This document shows, one piece after another, positions 63,087 through 64,000 of a stretch of DNA of 64,000 nucleotides. The position numbers and the translations under genes were made by a program. Position 1 is the first letter of the stretch. The number at the start of each line of letters is the position of its first letter. The notes below the pieces were generated by a model, which saw nothing but the letters and a program-made list of their open reading frames with translations, had not been told where the DNA came from and did not search any database. The stretch comes from Lama glama (Eukaryota): assembly GCA_028534125.1 (NCBI GenBank), contig CM052818.1:2792001-2856000 (forward strand), given 5' to 3'.

Positions 63087-64000
63087 AGCTTGTTGTTTTC
63101 ATGTGTGAGATAGAACAGTGTTTATCTAGTGCTTAGCAGAAAGGGTGAGGGTCAGAAGTCTGGCTTGTGTCAGAAATCATCACTGCTTATTGCAAAGTAT
63201 TCCTTAGCAGTAAGGAGCCGGGGAATACAGGAACCACCCCTCTCTGCAGAGCAAACAGGGGTGATGTCATGACTTCAGATTGCCTACAGCCAGCAAGGTG
63301 GCCTCTTAGGGGAAATGTGAAGGTTGTGTCCTCACCTCCACCCCACCTCAGCTCAGCCAAGAGGAGGAACATCAAATGTGCCATAGGGTCAAGGATAGAA
63401 ATACCGCATAATAGTGGAGACAGATGAGAGTTCAATCCAGTGAGCAAAATTAATGAAAACTCTGCTATTTATACCAGTGCTCTCCTCGGAGCCCCTCTTC
63501 TTGGGATCCTGGTCTTGGACTCTCTTTTGAATCCCATGATTCCTTAAGACAGGCCTGGTGCTGCCCCTCTTTTGGAAGGAGCCCATGGGCCTGTCATCAG
63601 AAGACCCGAGGGGCCAGGGAAAGGTGGCCCGGAGTGCGAGGTGTGGGCCAGCTGCCCAGGCTCACCTCCCCGGGGGTTCACGTTCTTTGTCTCCTCCCTG
63701 GCTTCCAAGCACGCCCTTCTCAAAGGCCAAGATGAGGATGCTGAATTAGGAAAAAGCACTGTAGAGTCTGAACTTTAGTCCCTGGCTTGAGCTAGAGGGG
63801 TCAAAGGATTCCTGAAGCTTACACGAGGCCCGGCTGGTGAGTCCCTCAGAGCCAGGGGATCCACAAAGGTGGTGAAACACAGTGATTTTGCCAGTGACCC
63901 TGCAGGGACCTGCAGTACAGGTCGGGTGAAGATCCAAGATTTAGGTCCTTGGCCTCCTTATAATTTATGACTGTGTGTGAAACAGGACTAACAGTTTGGA

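Larger units (their letters stand above)
29089..63110 (+). other. ADD2: ADD2 (beta-adducin) gene body, partial: probable 5' UTR exon through the short-isoform 3' end; gene probably extends beyond both window edges
   Basis: The spliced translation [31 protein letters not shown]...[12 protein letters not shown] matches recalled mammalian beta-adducin. Eleven coding exons join in frame with GT-AG boundaries. Confidence 0.97.

Noticed and set aside
63700..63778. Next ADD2 exon (KGQDEDAELGKSTVESEL looks acidic)
   Set aside because: Does not match the expected continuation (STESQLMSKG...PNPFSQL) and ends in a stop; the next exon lies beyond the window.
1..64000. A novel multi-gene or prokaryote-type system
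   Set aside because: The window is explained by one known spliced mammalian gene plus ordinary interspersed repeats. I saw no operon structure, intact mobile-element ORF or foreign-composition insert.

Overview
Mammalian nuclear genomic DNA, most likely a camelid. That assignment is inferred from Vic-1-like tRNA-derived SINEs and artiodactyl-type L1 3' ends. The window holds the central part of the beta-adducin gene ADD2 on the + strand. About 29 kb is presumed intron 1, followed by a probable non-coding exon (~29089-29208). Eleven coding exons follow (35610-62596; 183+139+152+81+150+144+99+177+258+120+90 = 1593 nt = 531 codons; every intron GT-AG and in frame). The last exon can read through a weak donor to a stop at 62683, giving a 559-aa short isoform with its own AATAAA at 63081. 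The first exon and the exons for the long isoform's C-terminal MARCKS-like tail are not in the window. The rest is intron with L1, L2, MIR, MaLR/ERV LTRs, MER5, SINEs and micro/minisatellites. Nearly all supplied ORFs are spurious. I found no convincing new biological system. The best second-look items are small: a duplication with a template-switch signature, a microsatellite hot spot in L1 3' ends, a G-rich tandem repeat beside a weak donor, the short-isoform switch, and candidate CTCF and erythroid regulatory elements. Repeat family names come from recall of consensus sequences, not from a search.
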